Shown one piece after another: positions 44,708-54,044 of a stretch of DNA of 64,000 bases. The notes beneath the pieces were generated by a model, which saw only the letters and a program-made list of their open reading frames with translations, was not told the origin of the DNA and searched no databases. The translations under genes and the position numbers were made by a program. The stretch is from a bacterium. Lineage in GTDB: Bacteria; Patescibacteriota; Minisyncoccia; Portnoybacterales; GWB1-42-6. The DNA lies in the NCBI GenBank assembly GCA_043800535.1, contig JAZDMV010000026.1:5781-69780 (forward strand), written 5' to 3'. Position 1 is the stretch's first letter, and every line of letters starts with the position of its first letter.

Positions 44708-45253
44708 ATGCATAATACACCAGAAGGACGCACGCTTTTTTTTATGGAAGATGTGGAGGAAAAGTCTGTTAGGGAATTATTGGTCAAAATGGTCGCGCTT
44801 TATGAGAAGGGTCCCAGTGAATGGATTACACTTTATGTCTGTTCGCCCGGCGGAAAGGTAGGCGCGGCGTACTTTTTCTATGAATATGTGACCGAGGTCT
44901 TGAAGCCGAATTTGCAGACAGTTGTTTTGGGCTATGCATCATCCATGTCGCCGATCATTTTTTTGGCTGGCAGCTGCAGGATCATTGGTTCATACGCAAG
45001 CCTTTTCTTTCATCAAATAGGACGAGCGTATGAAAAACCGGTTCGTTTTGTGAAAGATGAGCTGAGAATGATGGCATCAGACACAGAACGAGATGAAGAA
45101 ATATATGCTGAGATTGTTGAACGCAGGACGGGTGGGAAAATGAGTAAAAAAGAAGTTCTTAAGTTGATTGCCTCTGACAATCGCATTTTGCCGGAGGAGG
45201 CGCTTAAAATGGGCTTTGCCCACGAGATACTGGAAAAGTATACGGGCTTGTAG
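44708..45253 (+). CDS. Divergent ClpP-family (S14 peptidase-like) protein
   Basis: RBS AAAGGAGGGAG; ...SPGGKV...LGYASSMSPIIFLAG...FHQIG resembles ClpP active-site regions but is distant from the canonical clpP at 15082. Confidence 0.55.
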   Translation: MHNTPEGRTLFFMEDVEEKSVRELLVKMVALYEKGPSEWITLYVCSPGGKVGAAYFFYEYVTEVLKPNLQTVVLGYASSMSPIIFLAGSCRIIGSYASLFFHQIGRAYEKPVRFVKDELRMMASDTERDEEIYAEIVERRTGGKMSKKEVLKLIASDNRILPEEALKMGFAHEILEKYTGL

Positions 45254-45279
45254 AGGCAAAGGGTCAGATATGTTCAAAT

Positions 45280-45308
45280 AACAGCGGACCATGATGATCC
45301 GCTGTTTT
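45280..45308 (+). terminator. Hairpin aacagcggaccatgatgatccgctgtttt
   Basis: Stem cagcggacc/ggtccgctg (one mismatch) with T-tract. Confidence 0.65.
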
Positions 45309-45376
45309 AATTTGACTTTTGTATCATATCTACTTATACTTTAAATAAGGCAGATTATTATTAAATTATAATCTTT

Positions 45377-45931
45377 ATGCCATTATTTGTAGTCATATTA
45401 ATAGTTTTAGCGATAGTAGTTCTTTGGGTTATTTTGGCCTACAACCGGTTTATTCGCCTGCGCAGGCGGACGGACGAAGCCTGGTCAGATATAGATGTTC
45501 AGTTAAAAAGGCGGCACGACCTGATACCGAATCTTGTGGAAACGGTTAAGGGTTATGCGACGCACGAACGTGAGCTTTTTGAGAAAGTGACCGAGGCACG
45601 GGCAAAAGCGATCAGTGCTTCTGGCAGAGCGGAAAAGGCCGAAGCGGAAAACGCGCTTTCGGGGACCTTAAAATCCCTTTTTGCGGTTGCTGAAAATTAT
45701 CCGCAGCTGCGCGCTTCGGAAAATTTTAGCCGTCTGCAGGAAGAGCTGGCCGACACCGAAAACAAAGTTCAGGCAGCCAGGCGCTTCTATAATGGCAACG
45801 TGCGCGACTTAAATATCGCCATTGAAAGTTTTCCTTCGAACGTTATAGCCAAAATGTTCAGTTTCAAAGCAGCGGAATTTTTTGAAGTGGCAGGGGAAGA
45901 AGAGCGGGAAGCGGTCCAGGTGAAGTTTTAG
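45377..45931 (+). CDS. LemA-family protein
   Basis: N-terminal TM then conserved LemA region (YNRFIRLRRRTDEAWSDIDVQLKRRHDLIPNLVETVKGYATHE...). Confidence 0.85.
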   Translation: MPLFVVILIVLAIVVLWVILAYNRFIRLRRRTDEAWSDIDVQLKRRHDLIPNLVETVKGYATHERELFEKVTEARAKAISASGRAEKAEAENALSGTLKSLFAVAENYPQLRASENFSRLQEELADTENKVQAARRFYNGNVRDLNIAIESFPSNVIAKMFSFKAAEFFEVAGEEEREAVQVKF

Positions 45932-46119
45932 CCTTTTTTCGCGGGGAGAATCATGCGCAGAGGAGGGCGAAATGAGATTGGTCAGGCGAAGGAAACGGGA
46001 CGCTTTTATGTTCAGAATTTTTGAAACTATGATCAGAGGAAAGATCTGGGCGCTGGCGGCGACGAAAAAGACAACCGGGATTGTCGCCAAAATTATTTTG
46101 TGGCTCTAAGGCCAAGCTA

Positions 46120-46151
46120 AGGGTCGTCTCTTTCAGGGACGACCCTTTTTC
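46120..46151 (+). terminator. Hairpin agggtcgtctctttcagggacgaccctttttc
   Basis: Perfect 9-bp stem plus T-tract. Confidence 0.65.
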
Positions 46152-46234
46152 AAAAAATTTGTCAGGACGCGGTAAAAATAGTAAAATGTTACATATAAGC
46201 GTTATGCCGGTTATGTCGTATAGGCACTTCAGGC

Positions 46235-46423
46235 ATGACAAAAAATATGGCCAAGAACGCAGAAAAGGGGAAGGGCAGGGTTGGCATGGTGCGCGACCGT
46301 GCCCAGTATAAAAATCCCCGCACCAAGCTTTTCACCAAAGCCAGCACAGAGAGTGGCCGTTTTATGGACAATAAGACCAGCATGGGGAAGCTAAGCAAGT
46401 TTAAAGGAGTAAGAAAAGACTAA
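46235..46423 (+). CDS. Possible small basic protein (62 aa)
   Basis: ORF only; Lys/Arg-rich; no RBS. Confidence 0.25.
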   Translation: MTKNMAKNAEKGKGRVGMVRDRAQYKNPRTKLFTKASTESGRFMDNKTSMGKLSKFKGVRKD

Positions 46424-46515
46424 ACATCTGCGAAATACGAAGGTAGTACAAATATAGTGATTCGCCTGCCGGCCGGCAGGAATATTCGTAGAAATTCGTA
46501 ATTCGTAGAGAAATC

Positions 46516-47181
46516 ATGAGTAAGGTTGTTTTTGACATTGAAACTTCAGGCACCTTTGAATCGTTAGACAAAGAGGCGCAGGAATATCTTTTAAAGTATG
46601 CCGAGGGCGAAGATGAAGTAGAAGAGGCAAGAAAAAAAGTTAACCTTTGGCCTTTTTGCAGTCAGATCGTAGCGCTGGCCCTGTTTAATCCCGATACAGA
46701 AAAAGGAAAAGTGTATTTTCAGGCGCCGGACAAAGAGATCGCGCCTTTTTCTGAAAATGGCGCGGATTTTAAGCCTTGCAGCGAAAAAGAGATCCTGGAA
46801 AATTTCTGGCAGGACATAAAAAATTATCACCAGTTCATAACTTTTAACGGCCGCGGTTTTGACTGCCCATATATCATGCTGCGCAGCGCTGTTTTAGGGG
46901 TCAGGCCGACTAAAAACCTGATGCCGCCGCGTTTCTCGGCCGATTTTCATATTGACCTTCTTGACCAGCTGACTTTTTATAGCGCATTTAGAAAATTCAG
47001 CCTGGATTTTTATTGCCGCGGGTTTGGCATAAAAAGTCCGAAAGCCGGAGGCATGACGGGCGATAAAATGGTCCAATATTTCAAAGACGGCAAATTTTTG
47101 GATATCGCGCGTTATTGTTTTGCCGACACAAAGGCAACGGCTGAGCTTTATAAACGCTGGACAGAATATATTGAAATGTAG
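46516..47181 (+). CDS. RNase H-like 3'-5' exonuclease (PolB-exonuclease-related family)
   Basis: VFDIETSG Exo I motif, FNGRGFDCPYI Exo II-like motif, YCFAD Exo III-like. Confidence 0.7.
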   Translation: MSKVVFDIETSGTFESLDKEAQEYLLKYAEGEDEVEEARKKVNLWPFCSQIVALALFNPDTEKGKVYFQAPDKEIAPFSENGADFKPCSEKEILENFWQDIKNYHQFITFNGRGFDCPYIMLRSAVLGVRPTKNLMPPRFSADFHIDLLDQLTFYSAFRKFSLDFYCRGFGIKSPKAGGMTGDKMVQYFKDGKFLDIARYCFADTKATAELYKRWTEYIEM

Positions 47182-47183
47182 TC

Positions 47184-47954
47184 ATGACTAAATTTATCAA
47201 GCCAACTTTACTTGCGCTGGCGGTAGTGGAGATCTTTTTTGTCCTTTTCCTTTTGTATATATATGATAAATTTGTTTCAGATCCGCAGAACTACACGTCA
47301 AGCGTTGCAGTTGTTCGTCAGGCAAAGAAGGCAGGTGCTAATATTCTGCCTGATATTTCAGAAACAAAAACGGGCTTGCCAAAAAGCTTTTTAATAGAGA
47401 ACGTCCCTTTTTCTGTGCAGTCACCTGATTCGCTCTGGGATGAATACGGGGAAGAATCATGCGAAGAAATGTCAGAAATTATAGTGGATCATTTCTGGAC
47501 AAAAAAGGCGCTGGACAGAAAAATTGCGTTGGTCGAACGCAATAAACTTATTGAATACGAGATCCAGAATTACGGCGATTTCAGGGATGAGAATGCGGCG
47601 CAGATCGCCCAGCGGCTGAAAGACTATTTTGGTTATAAAAAAGTGGGAGTGATATATGATTTTTCCCTGCAGCAGCTAAAAGAAAAGATAGCGCAAGGCA
47701 AGCCGATAATAGTGCCTGCAGCTGGCAGGAAACTTGGCAATCCTTATTTTACCCAGCCTGGTCCGCTTTATCACAATCTTGTTATAATCGGCTATGAAGG
47801 CACGGATATTATCGTCAACGATCCTGGCATCGGCCGCGGCCAAGGTTATCGCTACAACGAGAACGTCTTATACAACGCCATCCATGATTTTCCGGGCTCA
47901 AAAGAAAATATTGAACAGGGCCGAAAAGCCATGATAATCGTAAATGGAGGATAA
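47184..47954 (+). CDS. Hypothetical membrane-anchored protein, possible papain-like (C39-like) peptidase fold
   Basis: N-terminal TM, candidate Cys in EESCEEMSEII, downstream His in YHNLVIIGYEG; weak. Confidence 0.4.
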   Translation: MTKFIKPTLLALAVVEIFFVLFLLYIYDKFVSDPQNYTSSVAVVRQAKKAGANILPDISETKTGLPKSFLIENVPFSVQSPDSLWDEYGEESCEEMSEIIVDHFWTKKALDRKIALVERNKLIEYEIQNYGDFRDENAAQIAQRLKDYFGYKKVGVIYDFSLQQLKEKIAQGKPIIVPAAGRKLGNPYFTQPGPLYHNLVIIGYEGTDIIVNDPGIGRGQGYRYNENVLYNAIHDFPGSKENIEQGRKAMIIVNGG

Positions 47955-47958
47955 TAAT

Positions 47959-48162
47959 ATGGAAAACCCTGAACAATTTAAGCTAACGCCGCAGGAACCA
48001 AAATTAAAAGGCAAGGGGCATGAGCCGATGACCGAAGAAGAACTGGACAAATACGTGGAGGAGCAATTCGGCGGCCGCCGAACCTCAAAAGTAAAGGACG
48101 ATGCGGCTGCGGCAGAGGCCTTCAAGAAAGTGTTGGGTGGCAAAGAAAAGAAGGAGCAGTAG
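47959..48162 (+). CDS. Small hypothetical protein
   Basis: ORF only, acidic/basic mix. Confidence 0.35.
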   Translation: MENPEQFKLTPQEPKLKGKGHEPMTEEELDKYVEEQFGGRRTSKVKDDAAAAEAFKKVLGGKEKKEQ

Positions 48163-48166
48163 ATTT

Positions 48167-48240
48167 TAGTCTTGTCATGCCGGACCTGATCCGGCATCCA
48201 GAAGAAAAGTCTGGATTTCCGCTTTCGCGGGAATGACAGT
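48167..48240. repeat. Composite palindromic repeat, family 1, copy 3 (reverse orientation)
   Basis: Reverse complement gtcattcccgcgaaagcggaaatCCAG-acttttcttc-TGGATgccggatcaggtccggcatgac. Confidence 0.8.
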
Positions 48241-48284
48241 TGTTTGTTTCGTGTCGCATTACTCAATTTTTTAAATTGAAACCC

Positions 48285-48884
48285 ATGTCAGGCAAAAAAA
48301 TCATTTTTATTGCTTCTTTGGCCGCGATAGTGATTATTATCGGCGTGCTGGTCTATATTGGCAGAGATAAAATTGATAACAATAACCAGGCCCAGACGCC
48401 CGGAATAACTTTGGGCAGCGCCAGCGCGCCGGTAACTATTGAAGAATACACAAATTTTCTCTGCTCGCACTGCGCTGATTTTGCCAGAGACACCCTGCCG
48501 CAGATCATGGCGACCTATGTGAATACTGGCAAGGCCAGGATGATATTTTATATTTCTGAACCAGTTGAACTGCAAAAAGCGGCTTTTTGTGCCGACAAGG
48601 CGGGAAAATTTATTGATTTCCATGATTACGCTTTTGCGCACCAGAGTGAGATAACAAGCGCGGATGCGGTTTTGCAAATTGCAAAAAATGCTGGTCTGGA
48701 CAGTGCTGAATTTACACAGTGCTATAATTCTTCAGAAGCCGGAAAAGCGGTCAGCGACTGGTCCTCAAAACTTGTCAAAGAAACAATATCAGGCACGCCG
48801 ACGTTTTTCATTAACGGACAAAAAATAGAAGGCGCCTTCCCTTACAGCGAATACGAAAAAGTCATTGAAAGCAAGCTTAAGTAA
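48285..48884 (+). CDS. DsbA-family thiol:disulfide oxidoreductase
   Basis: Signal anchor, thioredoxin-fold CSHC active site, FFINGQ motif. Confidence 0.8.
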   Translation: MSGKKIIFIASLAAIVIIIGVLVYIGRDKIDNNNQAQTPGITLGSASAPVTIEEYTNFLCSHCADFARDTLPQIMATYVNTGKARMIFYISEPVELQKAAFCADKAGKFIDFHDYAFAHQSEITSADAVLQIAKNAGLDSAEFTQCYNSSEAGKAVSDWSSKLVKETISGTPTFFINGQKIEGAFPYSEYEKVIESKLK

Positions 48885-48941
48885 ATGCGTTATGGCAGTA
48901 TAAATCATACAGACGGCGAACACCCTTCGCCGTTTTTGTTT

Positions 48942-49004
48942 ATCCCCACACCTTATACTCGTCATACGTCAAATTTATCGCGCGTGACTTTAAGGTGTGG
49001 GGAT
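48942..49004. repeat. Inverted-repeat element, family 2 (ATCCCCACACCTT ... AAGGTGTGGGGAT)
   Basis: Same 13-bp termini as the 18541 copy; different 37-nt interior; preceded by dsbA terminator gacggcgaa-caccc-ttcgccgtttttg (48912-48938). Confidence 0.75.
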
Positions 49005-49141
49005 TTATTATATTGAATCTTAGGGGTTTTTGGAGTATGCTGGAAACAAGGACTTTTCGGCTCGAACCGCTTTGAGCCGTATTAAAAAATATAGGAGGGC
49101 CGATAAACCGGCTCTTTTTTGTGGACAAATAGCCAATGACC

Positions 49142-49170
49142 TTGACATAGTATATAATTTGTGCCATACT
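49142..49170 (+). promoter_or_regulatory. Sigma70-like promoter TTGACA-N17-CATACT (extended TG) upstream of GT2 gene
   Basis: ccaatgaccTTGACAtagtatataatttgtgcCATACT; shares ccaatgRccTTGACA...tgtgc-hexamer layout with the 52501 promoter. Confidence 0.45.
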
Positions 49171-49259
49171 CATTCATTAGTTTTTCATTCGCTTTTGTCG
49201 TAGGCTTTATTTAAGAAGAAGGAGCGGATTCGGGAGTGTAATGATAGGCCAAAAAAACC

Positions 49260-50291
49260 ATGAAAATCTCAATATTGATTCCCTGTCATAATGAGGAAAA
49301 ATCAATAGCAAAATGCGTTAATGCTTGTCTAAACCAGACTCGTCCACCGGACGAGATCGTTGTGGTTAACGACGGCAGCACAGATGCCACTTTGGAAATT
49401 CTTAAGCAATTTGAGGGCGGGATTAAGGTTGCCAATATTGAGCATGCCACCGGCAACAAAAGCTATGCCCAGGAATTCGGCCTGCAATTCGTCACCGGCG
49501 ACATATTTATTGCCACCGATGGGGATACTTTTTTGGACAAAGATTTTATCAGACTAATAGAACAAGATTTTGAGGCCGATCCTAAAATTGCGGCGGTGGG
49601 CGGATATGTGAAAAGTTTAAAATATAATTGGCTGACGGCTTGCCGTGAGCTGGATTATATTTTCGGGCAAAATATCAATAAGCTCGCGCAGGCGAATCTG
49701 GGTTTTATGTTTGTTATTCCGGGTTGCGCGGGCGCTTTTCGCACGGATATTTTTAAAAAATATATCAATTTTGACCATGATACATTGACCGAAGACCTGG
49801 ATTTTACGTTCAAATTGCATCTTAATTATTTTAAGATAAAGTATAACCGCAAAGCTGTTTGCTATACCCAGGATCCTTTTACCATCAAATCCTATATCAA
49901 TCAAATGAGACGGTGGTATGGCGGCGGCTGGCAGAATTTGGTCAAAAACGCCCGGCTTATCAGCCGGCCGGTGAACGCTTTTGAGCTTTCCCTGATCTAC
50001 ATAGAAGGGCTTATTTCTTCTTTCTGCCTTTTTTTGCTTCCGGCCGTGAACTTGTATTTTTTCGCGTATTCTGTCGGCCTTTACCTGACCTTTGCGATCT
50101 TACTGGGAATTTATTGCTCGATTGCCAGAAAAAGGATCGATCTTTTATTGTATTCGCCTTTTTATTTGGTCCTGGTTTTTATCAACGCCTGGATCTTTCT
50201 TGAACAATTTGTCGAGGAGCTCATCTTAAGGAAGAAAAATCGGATCTGGTTCACTCCAGAACGATTTAAAGATAACGTGGAGTTAGCATAA
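49260..50291 (+). CDS. Family 2 glycosyltransferase (membrane, processive-type topology)
   Basis: GT-A fold motifs (VVNDGSTD, DGD, QxxRW-like RRWYGG) and C-terminal TM helices. Confidence 0.8.
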   Translation: MKISILIPCHNEEKSIAKCVNACLNQTRPPDEIVVVNDGSTDATLEILKQFEGGIKVANIEHATGNKSYAQEFGLQFVTGDIFIATDGDTFLDKDFIRLIEQDFEADPKIAAVGGYVKSLKYNWLTACRELDYIFGQNINKLAQANLGFMFVIPGCAGAFRTDIFKKYINFDHDTLTEDLDFTFKLHLNYFKIKYNRKAVCYTQDPFTIKSYINQMRRWYGGGWQNLVKNARLISRPVNAFELSLIYIEGLISSFCLFLLPAVNLYFFAYSVGLYLTFAILLGIYCSIARKRIDLLLYSPFYLVLVFINAWIFLEQFVEELILRKKNRIWFTPERFKDNVELA

Positions 50292-50398
50292 ACCCCCACA
50301 CCAGAATGCCGCCGGAGTCAGCCCGCCTCATGGCGAAATGAATAGTAACAACCTTAATATTGCCCCAATGCTATGGACGTAAGTCATGGTGTGGGGGT
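50292..50398. repeat. Inverted-repeat element, family-2 variant (ACCCCCACACCA ... TGGTGTGGGGGT)
   Basis: 12-bp perfect termini overlapping the GT2 stop; ends 6 nt before the next ATG. Confidence 0.65.
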
Positions 50399-50404
50399 AA
50401 AAGT

Positions 50405-50830
50405 ATGTTTCCAACAATCGGATTATCAATTTTCATCCATTTATTCATACTGCTTTTATCGTTTTTGAAAAAGCTGGTTGATTTTGTGTTGCTGAAGCTG
50501 AGGTGGGATCTGTTTAAGGTCAAATTGAGCCTTTTTTTGAGGCTCAAAATTGGCGTGCCCTTGACAGATAGAGCGGGCGATTCGATTTTCCGCAGATTCT
50601 TTGCTTTATCGATCCTGGCTGCGGTATTTGTGTTAATGATAACGTCGTTGTTCTCAATCGGTCCGCACCTGAAAGCTAATTCAAACCTGGAATTAGTGGC
50701 TAGTATATTTAAAGGCAGTCAGACACTTGCCAGCCAGGAGGAAGGTATGATATTGTCTGAAGGCAATAAGATCATCCCGTTGGCCATTTTGCCGGTGTCA
50801 GAAGACGTTGATGGCTCTGTACAGCGCTAA
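50405..50830 (+). CDS. Hypothetical membrane protein
   Basis: 141 aa, two or three hydrophobic segments. Confidence 0.45.
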   Translation: MFPTIGLSIFIHLFILLLSFLKKLVDFVLLKLRWDLFKVKLSLFLRLKIGVPLTDRAGDSIFRRFFALSILAAVFVLMITSLFSIGPHLKANSNLELVASIFKGSQTLASQEEGMILSEGNKIIPLAILPVSEDVDGSVQR

Positions 50831-51006
50831 ACATCTTGTTGTGAATTTAGGGGGTATAATAATAACTAGAATTAATACTAAGAAAAACATGAATCCCGTT
50901 AGAAGCCGCGATCGCTCGACGGGAAAGAAGCAATGATCGCAGTCAAATTGGATAATTATTAATAATTTTTGCGGGTTGCGATTGATCGCGATCTGCTTCT
51001 AACGGG

Positions 51007-52206
51007 ATGAAAAAAATAAAATTGATCGTCGTTTCAATATTAATCGGTGTTTTTGCCTTGTCGGTTTTAAAACCGCTTGTGAATTTAACCAATACTCAGG
51101 CGCTGGCCGCTGAAACCGGGCCGGCTGCTTTGATTACGATAACTTTTGACGACGGCAATAAAACGATCTGGGATAATGCTTTGCCGATCATGTCCTCGCA
51201 TAATATGAAGGGCGTATTTTTTGGTGAAACCGGGCCGTTGAACTCGGGCGAAGATTGGGTCATGACCTGGGATCAGGTCAGGGCCCTGCAGAATACTTAC
51301 GGCTGGGAAATAGGCAGTCACTCGGTCAGCCACCCTTATTTGACGCAGGTTTCAGACGCACAGCTGGACCAGGAATTGCGGGTTTCAAAACAGGATTTTG
51401 CAGCGCATGGGATAAATGTCAAAGGATTCGCTACTCCATATGGCGATTACAATACAAAAGTTTTGTCCGCCATCGCCCAATATTATGACTATCACCGGGC
51501 CGCCTGGGGCGGGGCCAACTCCTGGCCGTATAATAAATATGAGATCTTGGCGCAGGAAGTTTCAAATTTAACCACGCCTAGCCAAGTTAGGGAATGGATT
51601 GCCAGCGCGGTGGCTAATAAGCAATGGCTGGTTTTGCTGTTTCATGAAACAGTGACCGGCCCGGCCGGGGAGTATCAATATAATATAGATCAATTTACGC
51701 AGATCGTTGACGCAATTAAAACGAGTTCCATTCGCGTGGTGACGTTCGCGGACGTTTTTGGCCAGTCGAGCCCGCCTCCTCCGCCGACTCCACCGCCCGG
51801 AGGGGAAGTTACTTCTATAACCGATTGGCGCTCAAGCGATGTTAATTTTGTTAGTGTCAATAATAATGGCAGCGGCAGTGTGCGGATTATCGGCGGGACA
51901 GCTTTGCATGAAGCGGTGTCCGGCTTTGTTTCTGTCAACAGCGCCAGCCAGTATGTTTTAAGAATTAATCAAACGGTCAATGACAGGACGCGCGGCGGCT
52001 GGGCGGTTTGGGTTGATGAATTTGATGGCAGAGGCAAATATATAAGCGGCCAGTGGCTCGGCGGCAATTACAAGAATTTTAGTGGAATGCGTTCTTACAG
52101 TTATAAGCCGACCTCAAGCAGGGTTGTTAAAGTTTCTTTTCTTCTTCTTGTTGAAAAAAACAGCAGATTAGTCTTGAACGCTAATTCGGCGCAATTGGTT
52201 AGATAA
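51007..52206 (+). CDS. Secreted polysaccharide deacetylase (NodB domain) with Pro-rich linker and C-terminal beta-rich domain
   Basis: Signal peptide, TFDDG, HSVSHP, LLFHE NodB motifs, PPPPTPPPGG linker, about 130 aa C-terminal domain. Confidence 0.8.
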   Translation: MKKIKLIVVSILIGVFALSVLKPLVNLTNTQALAAETGPAALITITFDDGNKTIWDNALPIMSSHNMKGVFFGETGPLNSGEDWVMTWDQVRALQNTYGWEIGSHSVSHPYLTQVSDAQLDQELRVSKQDFAAHGINVKGFATPYGDYNTKVLSAIAQYYDYHRAAWGGANSWPYNKYEILAQEVSNLTTPSQVREWIASAVANKQWLVLLFHETVTGPAGEYQYNIDQFTQIVDAIKTSSIRVVTFADVFGQSSPPPPPTPPPGGEVTSITDWRSSDVNFVSVNNNGSGSVRIIGGTALHEAVSGFVSVNSASQYVLRINQTVNDRTRGGWAVWVDEFDGRGKYISGQWLGGNYKNFSGMRSYSYKPTSSRVVKVSFLLLVEKNSRLVLNANSAQLVR

Positions 52207-52229
52207 AATAGGGCACAATCTGGGATCTT

Positions 52230-52257
52230 AAAAATCCCGCCTTCAGACGGGATTTTT
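52230..52257 (+). terminator. Hairpin aaaatcccgccttcagacgggatttttt
   Basis: Stem atcccg/cgggat (one mismatch) with T-tract. Confidence 0.65.
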
Positions 52258-52276
52258 TGGTGGGTTAATGATGTCC

Positions 52277-52460
52277 CAATCTGTCATTTCCGTGAAAACG
52301 GGAATCCAGGTTTTACTCCTCCTCTTAATTTAAGAGGAGGTTGGGAGGAGTTATAATTCATAACTCACCCTACCCCTCTCTTATCTTAAGAGAGGGAATA
52401 AATCCATAATCTGGATTTTGGATCAAGCACTCACTCATGAAAATGGGTGTCCGGAATGAC
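52277..52460. repeat. Composite palindromic repeat, family 1, copy 4, with expanded spacer containing two GAGGAGG-type hairpins
   Basis: gtcatttccgtgaaaacgggaatCCAG...ctcctcctcttaatttaagaggaggttgggaggag...ctctcttatcttaagagaggg...CTGGATtttggatcaagcactcactcatgaaaatgggtgtccggaatgac. Confidence 0.7.
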
Positions 52461-52500
52461 ACTATCGCTAAGATTAATTTGCCCAATTTGCCCAATGGCC

Positions 52501-52529
52501 TTGACAAGCGTTTGTTTGTGTGCTATGTT
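52501..52529 (+). promoter_or_regulatory. Sigma70-like promoter TTGACA-N17-TATGTT (extended TG) upstream of second deacetylase
   Basis: cccaatggccTTGACAagcgtttgtttgtgtgcTATGTT; strong RBS AAGGAGAAGGAGG before the ATG at 52626. Confidence 0.5.
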
Positions 52530-52625
52530 TATACATCGATGATTAAGGTGATTTATAGGGGATTTAAAGCTGATTGTAGCTTAAAAATTTGAACAAAATC
52601 CAAAAAGGAGAAGGAGGAAGAAACG

Positions 52626-53822
52626 ATGAGAACGCAGAATGGTTGGAAGTGGTTGGCTATGGTATTAGTGTTGGTGGCCCTTTTGACGGCTGGAATGGCG
52701 AATGCCTCTCAGCCGGAAGCAATGATCACCTTTACGTTTGACGATGGGGCGCGGCCGATTTACGACAACGCTTTGCCTATTCTGGCAGAGCGTGGAATGA
52801 GAGCAGTTTTTTTCGGAGAGACTGGGCCGCTGAACGCAGGCGAGTCCTGGGTTATTACCTGGGACGAGGTCAGAAAACTGCAGAATGTCTATGGATGGGA
52901 GATTGGCTCTCATTCCATAACTCATCCTTATTTGACGCAGGTGACAGATGAGCAGCTCACTCAGGAGCTCCAAGGGTCAAAGGCGGACTTCGCCGCTCAG
53001 GGGATAAATGTTAGAGGTTTTGCAACCCCCTACGGTGATTGGGACACCCGAGTTATGTCGGCGATTACTAAGTATTACGAGTGGAATCGTGATGCTTGGG
53101 GCGGGGCGAATTCTTGGCCGTATGATGTTTACCATATTACGGTCCGGGAACCAACGAATACCACTCCAGCCGAAGAAGTGCGGGGCTGGATTGATGAGGC
53201 CATTGCCAATCAGCAATGGCTGGTGCTGCTGCTTCATGGAGTGGTGATCGGTACGCCACAGCCATATCAGTACGGGGTCAACGATTTCAAAAAAAGTGTT
53301 GACTATGTGGCGGCGAGCGGCATCAAGGTCGTCACAATTTCTGAGGCCTTGGGTCTGGAACCGATCGATCCGCCTCAACCGCCTGGACCAGCAGGGAATC
53401 TTGTCCAAAATCCGAGCTTTGAGGACGGCTTGGACGGCTGGTACACAAACAGCAGATTTGTTCAAATTGTTACCGATTCCATCGGTAACATGGTCAGGAT
53501 TATCGGGGGAAGGGGTCACCGGCTTATTTCCAGCTCGGAGATCCCGGTCAGCGCTGGTAAAGAATATTTGTTATCATTCTCCCAGTGGATAGAAAAATAT
53601 CGCCGTGGCGGCGCGGCGGTCTGGATTGATGAGTTCAGAGTGGACGGAGAATGGGTCTCTGGTACGTTCCTTGGAGGAACGTATAATAATTTTGCCGGCA
53701 CAAAAGAATATGCCTACAAAGTGCCGCCCGGTGTCGATTCTGTTTCCATTGAGCTTTACACCGAAGAAGGCAGCAAGTTGACTGCCTACTTCGACGACGT
53801 CAGTCTGACGTTGAAGAAGTAG
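52626..53822 (+). CDS. Secreted polysaccharide deacetylase, paralog of 51007-52206
   Basis: Same NodB motifs (TFDDG, HSITHP, LLLHG), Pro-rich linker, C-terminal domain. Confidence 0.8.
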   Translation: MRTQNGWKWLAMVLVLVALLTAGMANASQPEAMITFTFDDGARPIYDNALPILAERGMRAVFFGETGPLNAGESWVITWDEVRKLQNVYGWEIGSHSITHPYLTQVTDEQLTQELQGSKADFAAQGINVRGFATPYGDWDTRVMSAITKYYEWNRDAWGGANSWPYDVYHITVREPTNTTPAEEVRGWIDEAIANQQWLVLLLHGVVIGTPQPYQYGVNDFKKSVDYVAASGIKVVTISEALGLEPIDPPQPPGPAGNLVQNPSFEDGLDGWYTNSRFVQIVTDSIGNMVRIIGGRGHRLISSSEIPVSAGKEYLLSFSQWIEKYRRGGAAVWIDEFRVDGEWVSGTFLGGTYNNFAGTKEYAYKVPPGVDSVSIELYTEEGSKLTAYFDDVSLTLKK

Positions 53823-53892
53823 TTCGTTGAATATTAGCAAAAGCCCGATGCAGAAAAAATCTGTGTCGGGCTTCTTTTTTTATCTTCTTTTA

Positions 53893-54014
53893 TCTTTTGT
53901 CATTCCGGGCTTGCTTGCCCGCCATAGCCTTGGCGACGGAGGGACCCGGAATCCAGAATTCCTTGGGAGAAAAAAATAAAATCTGGATGCCGGATCAGGT
54001 CCGGCATGACAATA
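53893..54014. repeat. Composite palindromic repeat, family 1, copy 5 (long left module)
   Basis: gtcattccgggcttgcttgcccgccatagccttggcgacggagggacccggaatCCAG-...-CTGGATgccggatcaggtccggcatgac; the right module is shared with copy 3. Confidence 0.75.
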
Positions 54015-54044
54015 TGAAGGGTTGGCAGTAAGGGCCGGATTTTT

